Source of the DNA: Eledone cirrhosa
Lineage: Eukaryota
Reading direction: 5' to 3'
NCBI GenBank assembly: GCA_964016885.1
Contig: OZ024741.1
Coordinates: forward strand, 207,204,001-207,268,000
DNA: 64,000 nt
The stretch's first letter is position 1; each line of letters opens with the position of its first letter. Below, one piece after another: positions 1 through 12,351 of this stretch. A program made the position numbers and the translations under genes. The notes under the pieces are model-generated. The model searched no databases. It was not told the DNA's origin and saw only the letters and a list, made by a program, of their open reading frames with translations.

Positions 1-424
1 CCTTGTCTATATTAAAGGGGAAAAATAAAACGTTTCGTATATAGAGCTGTACATGTGCACATGCATATATATATGTGTGTGTGTGTTTTATACGTCCGTA
101 CGAAGCTAAGGGTATGTGTGTTTGTATATGTAAGTATAAGAGTGTGTCTGTTTGATAGCACGAAGATGTGAGCAAATATGTATGTATATAATGATGTGCA
201 TGTGTGTGTGAGTGTGTTTGTGTACAGAGTTGTGAAGGTAAATATAGAGGTGTGTGTTTGTGCGTTTTTTTGTTGGTCTGTATAAGCTGTAAGAGTGTGT
301 GTTTCTGACCATGACGGAGCCATAGGAAGATAGGGGTGAATGTACGTGCGCAGATGTGACAACGGACGAGGTAAATGTGACAGTGACTAGGGGTAGAGAA
401 GTAAGCACAAACGTATGTGCGTAA

Positions 425-1000
425 TATTAAAGAAATTGTGGAGGGGAGTTGTGTCGATTGGGGAAACTGGACCCAAGGCGGAAAATCAGACTCTGATCAA
501 GTCCTGGTGTGCATGGCTTGTGATCTGTGATGTAAAAGGAGACCAAGGACTATGAAATGTAGGAAAAATTGGCCAGGGAACGGAAATGACGAGCGACGGA
601 GAAATCCATACCATGTCGTATGTTCCTCCAATTTTCAGCAAAGCGGTCCGCCAAACGGCGTCCTCTTTGATCGATGTATAAGGACCCACAAATGGAACAA
701 CGGAGGGTATAGGCGACGTAGGTGGATGTGCAGGTAAATGAGTGCCGGATAGGGAATGAACTATTAGTGCCTGTGAATGTGATGAGGTTATCAATAAAGC
801 GACAGGTGTTACAGCGGGAAAGAGAGCAGGTTGGAAAGCTGTGTGGAGTCCTAGGAGAGGAAGGGAAGGAACTACGTACAAGTATGTCGCAGACATTAAG
901 GGCACGTTTAAAGGCAGTGATAAGTGGGTTTGGAAAAAAGCGAGAAGTGACAGGGTCTGAAGAGAGAGTGCGGAAACAAAGGAGGATATGTCACCGGAGT
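425..1000 (-). mobile_element. Penelope-like element 3' remnant (Cys-rich linker plus GIY-YIG endonuclease, Neptune-like)
   Basis: Manual minus-strand translation (frame not in ORF track): ...FPNPLITAFKRALNVCDILVRSS...TCSLSRCNTCRFI...HSFTCTSTYVAYTLRCSICGSLYIDQRGRRLADRFAENWRNIRH...VARHF. This is typical of the PLE linker and GIY-YIG domain, degenerate. Confidence 0.8.
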
Positions 1001-1139
1001 ACATATATATATATATATACTAGCAGATTTACCCGGCGTTGCCCGGGGTTTGAAATTATTCTAAGAATATACAGCTAGGAAGTAAAAGAAGAAAATTATT
1101 TGTCCCCAACCTGTCAAAATAAGCAGAAGTCTTCAATAC

Positions 1140-1325
1140 ATAATTGTTTCTACTTTAGGCACAAGGCCAGCAATTACCAAGTGCATTACTGGTACTTTAT
1201 TTTATCGAACCCGTAAGGATGAAAAGCAAAGTCAACCTCGGCGGGATTTGAACTAAGATCGTAAAGGGACGTAACTATGCTGGAAAGGATGGCGTCCGAC
1301 CCTCTACCGATACTGCCAATCCACC
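1140..1325 (-). mobile_element. tRNA-derived SINE nested in the Helitron
   Basis: Reverse complement has GGTGGATTGGCAGTATCGGTAG (A-box-like), GTTCAAATCCCGCC (B-box) and the tail GGCCTTGTGCCTAAAGTAGAAACAATTA shared with other copies in the window. Confidence 0.85.
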
Positions 1326-1689
1326 AATGCAAACGAATATTTAGTGCAATCTTTGTACACATAAAACTATGCTGATAATGAAGGAAAACACTGAACAGGA
1401 TGTAGTTATACAAATGATTAAAGACAATACACGTTGAAAATCTGTAAAAAAAAACAGGCAGTTTTGCTAAAGTACAAAAAGTTGTAATGAAAGCAGAGTT
1501 GTATACAAAAAAAAAAAAAACAATGAGAGTAGAATAAGAGAAAATATATTCTTTGAGAGCATCCTTTGCTGTGTATGGTTAAATGTTGAACTTATAATCC
1601 AAAATATCCTGCATAATATATTCATTGGTATGTTTTGTAATGAGTAAGGTGAAGTCAAGGCAGAGCTGTAATAAGTGTTTTTGTTAACA

Positions 1690-4600
1690 CTAAAGCACTT
1701 CAGGATAGATGATATTCTTTGTTTTTCTTTTCGGAACAATCGCAAAGAGATTATCTCAACTGCCAACTCGTGAGCAGGCAACGTAGAATTGTCCGTGCGA
1801 AAAGCAATATTCGTCCAAGTGAATTCCAGCGACGGACAGAGTTTGACCTTGCGACTTGTTTAGGACATCGCAAAGGCAACACGAAGGGGAAATTGGATTC
1901 GGTGAAAGGAGAAGGGAGTATCCACGCCTGATGTAGTCAGGCTAATTTTTGTTATTATCACATCCTCGCCTTTTCCACATCCGGATAGAATGGTAGCGTT
2001 AATACTAAGTGGAGACAGTTTTTTAACCACAAGGCATGTACCATTGCATAGTTTTGGAGGAGTGATATTTCTCAGCAAAATAACTGGCGTTCCCTCTTTC
2101 AGAACCAATGTATTAGGAGGTAAACCAGGAGGATTTAAAGAATTTAGAAATTCAACTGGATAATTGACCGCATCCTGTGGATCACATACAGTATCAATAG
2201 ATTTATATATCCGTGGATATCCAGGAAGAAGCTGAAGAAGCTGATCGTTAATACAGCTAACCGTGATATTTTGGGGTGCAAGAATGGCTCTTTCGCATAG
2301 CCAATCAAGATTCGTATAGTTATCACGCAAGTTCGGGAATACACTCGCCTTGAGATCATCGACAGTTTCAACTACATTGCAGATGTGATCAATTGCTATG
2401 TGTCCATCTGTATCTGGAGGTAGGTTACCATCTCCTATTGTAAGAATGTATCCAGAAATTGTTGATGACAGAGGGTCCCCATGCAACCTTGCACGCATGT
2501 TGGTAGTTAGTCTTAATGATGTCACTTGTCGCCACAATGGTGAAGACTTAAGACATGCATTTACCGCATCTGCTCTTGTTCCTTTCGGTATTATAGGAAG
2601 AGTCTGTCTGAAGTCTCCTGATAGCAGAAGGGTGACACCCACCCATAACATTACTGCAATCCCGTATGTCTTGCAAAGACCTGTCTAGTGCCTCAAGAGC
2701 ACCTTTGTGCGCCATTGTGCACTCATCCCAAACAATAAGGTGACAACTTCTCAGCAGATGAACCCTTTCGGAGTCTTTGGTGATATGACAAGTAGGAGTT
2801 TCCAATTTTGCCAAATCAAGGGGCAATTTAAAAACTGAATGTGCCGTCCTTCCACCAGGGAGCAAAGTTGCTGCGATTCCAGAGGACGCAACTGCTATTG
2901 CTATGTCCTTATTCTGTCTAACCTTTGCAAGAAGTTTAGTAACGAAAGTTTTTCCTGTCTCCCCTGGAGCATCGAGGAAAAATATGCCACCTCTTCTTTG
3001 AAATACCGATTCAGTAATGGTGGTATAAGGCAGTCGCTGATAAGCTAGAAGTTTTGGCTCATTATCTGTGACGTAGAGGCCGAGATCATGGATGTAATAA
3101 GAAGTCTCCTGTTTGATATCTGTGGGAAGTTTGTTTGAGTCCGTGCGATGAGTTTCTGGTAAACCGTAGTCACATAAAACCTTTCCTCCAATCAGAGCGA
3201 ACTTGTCCTCAATATCAATGAGAGCTCTGTTGTATAATTCATTACTAAAGCCGACCTCTATTTCTGGAAGCAGCAATTGTGCTTGGTGTCTGTAGTCGTC
3301 TGTTAATTCATCCCTATATTTCATCCACAAGGACAGAGGATCAGATAAGTTGCACGAGTGCAAAAGTACCGCAAATAAATTTCTTAGGCTGGCAGGTGAA
3401 TGTGAAAGAGCAGCTTCCGCCATCGTTGCATCCCACTGCGAACCATCTTCCACCAATCCACGCCTCAAACATGCCTTTGTGTATGTTGGAAGAACTTGTC
3501 CGTCTAACGTTCAGAGATCATCAAAGCAGGTAGGTCCTCTGACCTCATGTAGTAGCATGCGAAGATGGAAGCACTCGTGTTGGTTTGGTGGCACAGTATA
3601 AACTCTGCCCAAGCACGCGTTGAACTTGATGCCCGGATAACCTTGGACACACTGTCCTGTTTTTCTTCGCTTCCATGTATGTTTGTCCCAGGTATAGTAA
3701 GATGGGACTTGTAGATACAGTAAGGTTTTAGCAAATGGATCATCTTGACATAGTTTAAAGAAAGCGGTAAGAGTAGTATCATTTGGTATTTGTGCTAACT
3801 GAGCAGCTGATGCATTCGTAAAATATACTCTCTGACCGTTCTCCAGGTGTACTTGAAGTTTTTGAACAGCAGGATGCCGTTGGTGTATAAACAATCCAAA
3901 AATCCACCAGAACGCTTCATTAGAGCTAATGTATCTTCCAGTTTGGTACTGGGCCACTTCATCTCGGCTGTTTTCCCGAAGTAATCCAAACGTAGCAGCA
4001 TCAGAGCCTTTATTAATGTACTTACAAATGTATTTTATAGATTTAATCGAATTACAGTATTCTACGTTGATGTGTCAGAAGCATAGGGAGAGGTTGCGGT
4101 GGTTCCCTAAGTGTGGGCAAATTAACCTTACCATTGGAGCAGCACATTCCAGCCGATTCTCCCGCCCACTGTTTAGCTTACAATGTTGGCAAGTATTTGA
4201 CATGGCATATATTTGAATATCAGGATGGATTTGATAGTTTACATTAGGGTCATAATTAACTGCCTTAAGGTACCCTCGTGAGCGTGATGCCTTTGAAATA
4301 CCCGCGGTAAAGCTCTACGTTGAACGTTACCCTCCAGCCGAATAGCTCGACTTGTTACAGTCTCTACAGCTCGTGCCGTAGAAGTAGCTGAAGCATTTCT
4401 CAATTGGCGACTTTGACGTTCTTGCTCAGTCTCAATTGCTCGTGCTGCAACATTAGCTGAAGCATTACGCGCACGGCGTGTTTCATATTTTTGTACTGCA
4501 GCAGTATCTGTAGAATCCATAGCAGGGCGTGTTTCACGTTGCTCTGTAGTCTCTGCAGCTCCTGCTGCAGCAGTTGCTTAGCATTATTGGTTCGCCGCAC

Positions 4601-4768
4601 TAACCGACGCTAGGCGGCGGACAAAGATATTGCAATAACTGTACTCACCGCATTTTGTGATTGTCTATTTTCGGTTATCGGCGGAGCGTCATTTACACGC
4701 ATTGTTTTGTTCGACCGAGAGGTCAAAGTCCGAGAGCCAATATGTGCATACTTTCTTTTACGGGGCAT
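1690..4768 (-). pseudogene. Helitron RepHel (Rep plus PIF1-like helicase), frameshifted and internally deleted
   Basis: Starts MPRKRK at 4768. Contains ETxxERQSR repeats, CCSNGKV, KYICKYINKG, GRYISSNEA, degenerate Walker A DAPGETGKT, IVWDECTM, GDFRQTLP, LRNITPPKLCNGT and NKSQGQTL...FSHGQFYVACSRV, with a stop at ~1690. Confidence 0.92.
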
Positions 4769-5618
4769 ATTTGGTGAAAAATTGTAAAGACAAAATGTAT
4801 AAATTGAAGCGTTACAGTAAAATAAAAATATAATGACAAAACTTAAAAAATCCTTTGAATAACTACATATGTTAGTTCATTGTCAAAAAGGTTTGATGCG
4901 TACGAATACAGCTGGAAGCATAGATAATGCCTGCCTCAAATGTGGACGAAATTACTTTAAAAATGTAAAAGTTGTAGGTCCCAATGGTTTGAATGGAAAG
5001 TCCCATAAGGATTGTTCTAAAAATAAACAAACCATCATCAGATTTTCGTCAATTCGAGGCTGCTGCGAGATTAGGCCTTTACCGCGAAAATTAACACTTA
5101 ATATAGTGAAACAAGTTAAAACAACAAGTGTTTTTTTAACTTTGAAAGTGCCCCCAAAATTTTTTTTTGTATCAACAAGGCTTATGAAAGTAGCGATAAC
5201 GACTTTGAAGGTTTTACACACGACGACATTCAGAATAAACAAGAAACAAAAGATAATATTAGTGATTTATCTTCAAATGAATCTGATGTTTATATTTCTG
5301 AAATTTCGTCCGGCGATGATTGTTGTTTTGAAAGTGAAAACGAAGGTCTCCATATCTCCCCTCTCTCACTCTCTTTATAAGGATTGTCAATAAAGTTGTT
5401 TATCTCCCTTCCATCATGCACTTTAGAAAAAATAATTTTGCCACCGATAATTTTGCTATCGATTTTTTATTGCTCAATGTGGGTCGATTTGAAAATGTTT
5501 GTGATATGACCATCTTAGCGACAGGGGTGCAACGTGCACAGAAAATGTGGTCAAATTCGGTTGGTAATTGTAAAAGCCTTAGGTATCCAAATGTGTACAC
5601 AGACACACACACATCCTC

Positions 5619-5685
<67 letters not shown>

Positions 5686-5729
5686 CCAATGATGGTTGGA
5701 AGATCACTGATGAAGGACTAACTTTATTC

Positions 5730-5761
<32 letters not shown>

Positions 5762-5762
<1 letters not shown>

Positions 5763-6265
5763 AGGTGTCTCTCGAGTGCTACTGGTAACATGTAACCCAG
5801 TACAACTTGTCTCATAGTCGGGTCATCGGCGACTAAACCGGCAATCCCACCAAGCTTGCTTAGTGAGGAGAGTGATATTTGGACACCCTGCGGGATAAAA
5901 TACAAGACCCGGCGAATGGCGGAGGAACTCAGCAGAGTCAACGGCCATCCAAATAGTACTTTTTCTTTTCACCTGGGAGTGAAAGGCCCCCAGTTGTTAT
6001 CACAACAGCTTTCTAAGAGAAGGAATTCTGAAAAAAAACCTGTGGCTTCGGAAGCATCCGATGATCTTGACCAGTTCTCCTTTTAGGGTAGTGTTTTCGA
6101 TACTAAGAGAGTGGGATTGGTCGAGTGCAAGGCGTTTCCCCACTTTAAAAACCTTCAAAGTATTGCTTGTTCAGGATATGTTACAGGTTCATGTAGCCTG
6201 AAAGTGCACCAAATTCTATAATCTGGCAAACGATTGCAGTACTCTTAGCAGAGTTTTTTACATTT
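5762..6265 (+). repeat. Dispersed ~500-bp repeat (second copy at 57271-57790), possibly an RTE-type 5' UTR or non-autonomous derivative
   Basis: Collinear with 57271-57790 (CTCGAGTGCTACTGGTAACATGTAAC...GAGTCAACGGCCATC...GGCTTCGGAAGCATCCGATGAT). A short match also lies at ~30660. Confidence 0.7.
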
Positions 6266-6699
6266 TTCCACCAGCGAAATGGGAGAACCTAAGAATATTT
6301 ATGGATTTTAGCTGATTCCACTTTTCATTTCCTCATGAATTTATAATAGATACTGTTTTAGACAAGTACTATATTTATTAAATATTAAAAACCTGCATTA
6401 TATCCTTTCTTTTACCATTTAGTCAAATGCATATATATCTTGGAACGTATAACTGTTGGATGTCAGTGCTATTGTGTAGTATGTGGTTCTTTTATGTTTT
6501 TTTGTGTGTTTTTTTTTTGTGGATTCCTCATATTACAATTTATGTGATCTATATGTATTACATTCTAGTCAAATACCCTTGATCAAAATTCTATTGCTGG
6601 CACTAAAAATATGCTGATTTCATGGAAGGTATTCTTACTAATCAGATAAGTTTTTAATATTTCTATCACTTAATATATTAGTCTTCTTTCTCGTTCGGA

Positions 6700-7420
6700 A
6701 ACCACCTGCACACACAGTTTTATTCTCATCTGTGTTAAAATACTTGTAGAAAGCGAAATTGACATTAGTATTAGCCACTCTCCTTGGGTTTTTAATTATC
6801 TGTTCTATTGCTCAGACTATCTTATTTTAGAGTGAATGTCTTTCGTTTCTCTAATCTAGAGTACAATAACCTTACTAAACAGCAGGAAAATATTCTCAAT
6901 CTGCAACGAGTTCGCAGTATACAAATTTAGTTCAACCATGAAGAAGTGTTGACTAAGTCTCGTTTTCTATATCCTTCTGTAATACCACAAATTAGCCTTG
7001 TTTCTTTCACTAAACAACTTAAAGGTAACAAATATTGGGTGGAATAAAGACCAGAAGTACAGTTCGCTTAGAATATGCCAATAAAGGTCCTTTAGATAAC
7101 TAGCTTGCTGTTGGTAAGTATAAGAACGGTCTACCACTTCTTCATTGATTTTTAATAAAGTTCATGATGGTGTCGAATTCATGTAATCCCAATATGTTGA
7201 TGTGGGACCGAATCGAAAGCCTTCATATGATAAATCCACGTAGCATGACAGGCTCGTTTTACGTAATTTCACATCTTCGAACACCAACTGTGCTATCTTC
7301 TTAACAACGATCTGGTCAATTGTCCCATATGCCTTGGACATAGATTCCTTCTTGTGGATTCGCAGAGCGCGAGACAAAATGCTTTGTAATATTTAGTTAC
7401 GGCACTATATCTTCTCCGTT
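6700..7420 (-). mobile_element. Degraded RT fragment of an R4/Dong-type (RLE) non-LTR retrotransposon
   Basis: Minus translation gives ...KLRKTSL...TWIYHMKAFDSVPH, matching the W(I/L)DYxKAFDSVPH motif. Confidence 0.6.
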
Positions 7421-7439
7421 CAAATCTAGCCAAGGTTAA

Positions 7440-7660
7440 GATGGTGGGTTGGCACATTCATTAGAATGGTGGACAACATGTAGAGAAGTATTTGGTTAAA
7501 TGTCCTTCTTAGTTCAAATTTCACGGGTCAAGTTTGCTTTTCACTATTCCGGGGTGGATAGAATAAAATTCCAGTCAATTACTAGGCTCAGTATAATCAC
7601 ACTTCACACCAGCCAACAAGAATTGAAGGCTTTGTGCTTAAATTGGAAGCCATTATTGAT
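7440..7660 (+). mobile_element. Diverged SINE copy
   Basis: GGTGGGTTGGCA...TAGTTCAAATTT...TTTGCTTTTCAC...GGGGTGGATAGAATAAA resembles the window's SINE consensus. Confidence 0.6.
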
Positions 7661-7759
7661 ATCATTGCTCATATATTTATTGCAAGTTGTCATTACATTG
7701 CTGAGCACAGCTTTGTACGCATTGGGTATGTGCAGTGTCGTTTTTGGCATCGTTTCTAT

Positions 7760-8545
7760 TATATTGAGAATATTCTTCGTAATATGTGTGCAGTGCCTAG
7801 TAATGCTATTTTCTGTGTGCTTTGTGTATTTGTGATTTTAAGGGTTTGGGTTTTGCATTTGTCTGTGTGTTTATATCATTCTGGAGCATATATTATTATA
7901 GAGAATGTTCCTATTTTTATCATCTACATTTGGGTTATTCCCATCCAGATAATTATATTTGGATAATTTCTAAATAGCTTTCATATATATATTGTCGTCT
8001 GAGGCGACTGATTTGTCACTTAGAAATCATTTCTTTTCTTTGTTGTCTTGCACTACAATATCTGGTCAATTGTCATTTGTGTATCTGTGTACCTGCATAT
8101 CCAAGAATGTGGTTGCTTTGTCATTCTCTGGCATCTTTTGTTTGTTTATATCTAAACCAAATCTTTCTGTTGGCATTTAATGATTTCAGAGTAATAATTT
8201 TTGTTTTCCTTTTGTAAGGTTTCTCTAGCTATCAGTTGTTAGGTGAAGTGTACTTATTGGTGTCAGATCACTCCATGATCTCAGAAACTCAATATATCGC
8301 GTAGGGTTCTGGCAGTGCTACTGATGCTAGACATTTGGGTACTGCCTATGAAGTTGGGGATCCCAAGGCTTTTGATGAAAGACATGAGGCGTTAAGAGAC
8401 TGTGCCTAAGGCTCCAATGACGATTGGCACGATTTCTGTCTCTACATGATGCTCAGTTCTAATAACGCCTGCAAGGTCTGCATGCTTAATGATTTTTTTT
8501 CCATTTCCTTTTCAGCTACATTGTGGTCTTGGGGGATCGTAATAT

Positions 8546-8550
<5 letters not shown>
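7760..8550 (-). mobile_element. Two degraded R4/Dong-type C-terminal (restriction-like endonuclease) remnants
   Basis: 8290-8550 minus reads IFDITIPQDHNVAEKE...EIVPIVIGALGTV...RTLRDILS. 7760-8200 minus is a more decayed copy of the same kind of region (compare the ORF at 52648-53412). Confidence 0.6.
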
Positions 8551-8579
<29 letters not shown>

Positions 8580-8818
8580 GTATTAAATTAACAATGAAAA
8601 TAAAAACAATTTCAAGTTGTATATTTTATTTTTATTTTCATTGTTAATTTAATACCTAATACTGACTCTGCATCTAAGGAATTAACTTAGCGGAACACGG
8701 AACTTGTCTATGGATTTCCCTGGATTACTCGCCATCGGATTACATTGAGTTCTATCTACGGTATGGACCCTATCACCAAGGGTAGACCACACTGAAAAAA
8801 GAATATATATGTATAAAT

Positions 8819-8944
<126 letters not shown>

Positions 8945-9527
8945 AAAGTATGCATCTGTCTGTGTTGAATTAGACATACTTTACAAAATCAGCAACAAAA
9001 ACCAATAATCACCACATTTACACCTCACACTTATCAACAACAAGAAAACTATAGAATACAACACAAAACAAAACTAAAGAGAAGCAAATTCAATACCCTA
9101 CAATGCCACCCATCCCACTAACACTCCCAGCACCACCATCTTCAACATCAACCTCCCCGCTACCACCACCACTCTTGCCACAGAAACAGTTGAGAAAGTT
9201 CTCTTACACCACTTACAACTGCAACAACACAACGTCACTACAACTAACAACAACAACAACACCTCAATCAACAACAACAATGTCCACAACTGTACGGTCA
9301 TTATAATGGTAATAATGATTTCACTGCTGGCCAACCAATGTACTACCCAAAGAACCAGGCAACATTCTACGGACTTCTAATTCCATGTGTAACACAAGCA
9401 AGAATTGCGGAAAAAATAATAATTACTACAGTACACCAAATCGCTTGTCCTATGGTTAATCAGGAAACGCGTCCCTCGGGAACCTGAGATCGAAAAGTCT
9501 TCCTTTGGTACAAACTCTTCTCCTCTT

Positions 9528-9960
9528 ATGGACCTAGATGGTCACTTGAACGGGGATTGCCCCAATTCGATCCCTCCAGCTCCGCCACCCCAGCCGCCCC
9601 AAAAAGAAAATTGTAAAAGTGTGAAATGGACCCGAGAAGAGTATAAAGAAGTAATATACGCATATTACTATGCATTAGGTAAACCATCCCATGAAAGACC
9701 CGCCGCAAACTCTTACAAAATATGGAAAACACGAAATCAAGCTAGCAGGCGTTATTTGGACGAAAACAAGTTAGCAAATGTTAGGAGGGATAACTTGAGA
9801 AATAATAGACTCACAGATACTGAAATATCCGCGTTCAAGCAAGCATGCTGTGGAGAATGACATAAAGATAAGTCGTGAAAGAACTGAAGAATCTCCTGGA
9901 GAGAGCAACCAGTACAAATCTCTGTCAAGACGATTAAGATGACTCAGGTTCGCTCTTGTT
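9528..9960 (+). mobile_element. N-terminal remnant of an R4/Dong-type ORF
   Basis: KWTREEYKEVIYAYY...YKIWKTRN...DENKLANVRR...NNRLTDTEI resembles the conserved N-terminus of R4/Dong-like ORFs. Confidence 0.65.
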
Positions 9961-10034
9961 TAATGAGCTTCCATGCCTGAGCTAAATTTTTCTCTTTCTG
10001 ACTAAGGTCCATGCTAAAGCATGGCCTTTTATTT

Positions 10035-10440
10035 TTTTGGCTGCTGCTGCAGCGAAAGAGTTCTTGTTTTCTGTGTTGCTGTTACCGGTACTTTTGCTGG
10101 TCACATTGTTGTTGGTGATGTTGTCGTTGGTCTTGTCGTTGTTGTCGTTCACCTTGTTGTTGTTGCTGTCTTCACAGTTGCTCTTGTTGCAGTTGGTGTT
10201 GTTGTTGTCGCTGTTGCAGTTGGTGTTGGTGTTGTTCTTGGTGCAATTATTGTTGTTTTTGTTGCTACAGTTGTTGGTATTGTTTTTACTTTTTGTGTTG
10301 CTCTTAGAACCGTTGGAGCTGTTGCTGCCGTTGCTCTCTTCACCTGTTCCGTCATTGTTGTTGGTGTTGTTGTTGTTCCTGCCAGTGGTGGTGTTGCTAA
10401 TTCCATTGTTGCTTGTTGTGTTTGTAATTATTTTTTGTGT
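10035..10440. repeat. Degenerate (TTG/CAA)n low-complexity tract
   Basis: Triplet-periodic TTG/CTG sequence that produces spurious poly-L/V/N/T ORFs. Confidence 0.85.
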
Positions 10441-10659
10441 GTCCATAATTGTGCTTTTAAGTCACTCAACTTTTAAGTCACTTTCCCGAGACGACTGGCT
10501 TAATGTTGGATGGGGGGGGGGGGTCTCGTCCATTTAAAAAATATATATATAGTTCAAATATTTGGGCCAAAAGGTTAAAATATTGTTATATTTTTCAAAA
10601 TATATAACGATTAATACAAATGAAAAAAAATGCAAATTTACCACTTTGCCGATCTCACA

Positions 10660-10845
10660 ACAAAGCACAAGGCCAGCATTTAAGGGGGTGAGGAAAGTCA
10701 ATTAGAGCGACTCTAGCGCGTGGCAGGTACTTTATTTTATCGACCCCGTGAGGATGAAAGGCAATGCTAACCTCGGCGGAATTTGAACTCAGAACGCAAA
10801 AGGCCGTAACTCTATACTGCGAAGTATGTTGCCCAACGGTAATAA
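10660..10845 (-). mobile_element. SINE copy
   Basis: GGTACTTTATTTTATCGACCCCGTGAGGATGAAAGGC...CCTCGGCGGAATTTGAACTCAG is the reverse complement of the SINE body and B-box. Confidence 0.85.
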
Positions 10846-10918
10846 TAAATCATCGTCAACATCATCGTCATCATAACCATCATTTTTCTGTACTACAGTC
10901 ATACGTCATCTCTATCAC

Positions 10919-10975
<57 letters not shown>

Positions 10976-11391
10976 CACACACATATATATATATATATTC
11001 ACTTATGTTTAATGGTTCACGAGTGAATAGACCTGTTTTAATCAAACTACTATATATATATATTACATTGCACCCAATAGATTCCTTAGTAGGAAGATTT
11101 CTTCTTCTAGTGTTTGGTGCTGGTGATATATTACAGTGATATATTCCCCTTCATATACACAATCGATTCGGAGATACTGTGCCACACGCACATGAGTCAG
11201 CATATAATAAACGTAAAGAAGTTCATATATAAACCAAATCGATCAATATGGCTGAGCTCTTTGATCAATACAGCTTGACTGAATCGTGTTATCAATCACT
11301 GTCCTACTTTGCTCTGGTCATTTACTGACAAAAGACATCCGTGACAGCCGGGTTTATTGGGGATTTTACTTAGCTAACAACAATATATATA

Positions 11392-12266
11392 TTCGTGGTT
11401 ATAAGAGGCTTAGCTCTGTTTCTCGACCGTTATATCGCGTGACTGTCTCCCCCTCCGCCTTTTGGGATTCTTTCTCACGTCGTGTAGACGCGTTCTTGAG
11501 ACTAGTAAAATGAGGTATCCTCTTGATAAGTCGGCAGACCTCGCAAGGACTCTATATCTTTGATATATTGTTTTTGTTTATGCCACGAAACTACGTAGTC
11601 GAGGAATTTAGGAACAGTTTAGGTATGATACATTTTATTACTAATTATATCTAAATGTTTCTTCTCTCTTCATAATGTATTTTTAACTCTGATACTGGTT
11701 CAGTCTGGTTCAAACTGAATTGGTCTGTCCCAGTCATTCATTGAGCAACATCGGTGAAGTTGGCACCCTTAACTCACAGTTGGGTGCGGATGCATTCATG
11801 TATATATGTGTGTGTCCGCATGTATCTGTGTGTTTCTAAATATATTAATAACTCCCTCTGGTCGAGCAATCTTTGAAGTGTGGGGACAACTGGAAAGCTT
11901 CCATTACTCATACTTCTCGCCTTCTTCACTACCTCTTCTACGGCCTCGATATGAATACCCCCTCCGCCTCCGTGGTATTTTCTTCGTGGTTATAAGAGGC
12001 TTAGCTCTGTTTCTCGACCGTTATATCGCGTGACTGTCTCCCCCTCCGCCTTTTTGGGATTCTTTCTCACGTCGTGTAGACGCGTTCTTGAGACTAGTAA
12101 AATGAGGTATCCTCTTGATAAGTCGGCAGACCTCGCAAGGACTCTATATCTTTGATATATTGTTTTTGTTTATGCCACGAAACTACGTAGTCGAGGAATT
12201 TAGGAACAGTTTAGGTATGATACATTTTATTACTAATTATATCTAAATGTTTCTTCTCTCTTCATA

Positions 12267-12271
<5 letters not shown>
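11392..12271 (+). mobile_element. Non-coding partial tandem (unit ~592 bp, ~1.5 copies) with variant hammerhead; retrozyme/pLTR-like family B
   Basis: 11392-11680 recurs at 11983-12271. Each copy has TCCTC-TTGATAA-GTCGGCA...TGCCAC-GAAAC-TACGTA-GTC-GAGGA. Flanked by TA repeats. Confidence 0.75.
11518..11605 (+). ncRNA. Type I hammerhead-like ribozyme with variant core (UUGAUAA); second copy at 12110-12197
   Basis: Stem I TCCTC/GAGGA, stem II GT(C)GGCA/TGCCAC, GAAAC, palindromic stem III loop TACGTA, GUC cleavage triplet. Confidence 0.6.

Positions 12272-12340
<69 letters not shown>

Positions 12341-12351
<11 letters not shown>

Larger units (their letters stand above)
1020..5635 (-). mobile_element. 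Helitron, internally deleted
   Basis: 3' end on minus strand: hairpin CCCGGGCAACGCCGGG (1032-1047) then CTAG|T at 1023-1019. RepHel coding remnants inside. Probable 5' end (TATATAAAGTGAGGATGTGTGTG, minus) merges into the (TA)n at ~5625-5678. Confidence 0.9.

Noticed and set aside
5690-5735. CTGATGA motifs at ~5708, ~55225 (minus) and ~61018 as hammerheads
   Set aside because: No correctly placed GAAA/stem III/stem I closure; at most truncated remnants.
5762-5900. HDV-like ribozyme at the 5' end of the dispersed repeat (also 57271-57400)
   Set aside because: Hairpins and an ACC-TGTCTCGT-GGT...CTAA pattern are present, but I could not build P1 and P2 in the required nested double-pseudoknot order.
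9982-10537. Long Asn-, Leu-, Val- or Thr-rich ORFs (also 51904-52584)
   Set aside because: Products of degenerate trinucleotide repeats open in several frames; no domain.
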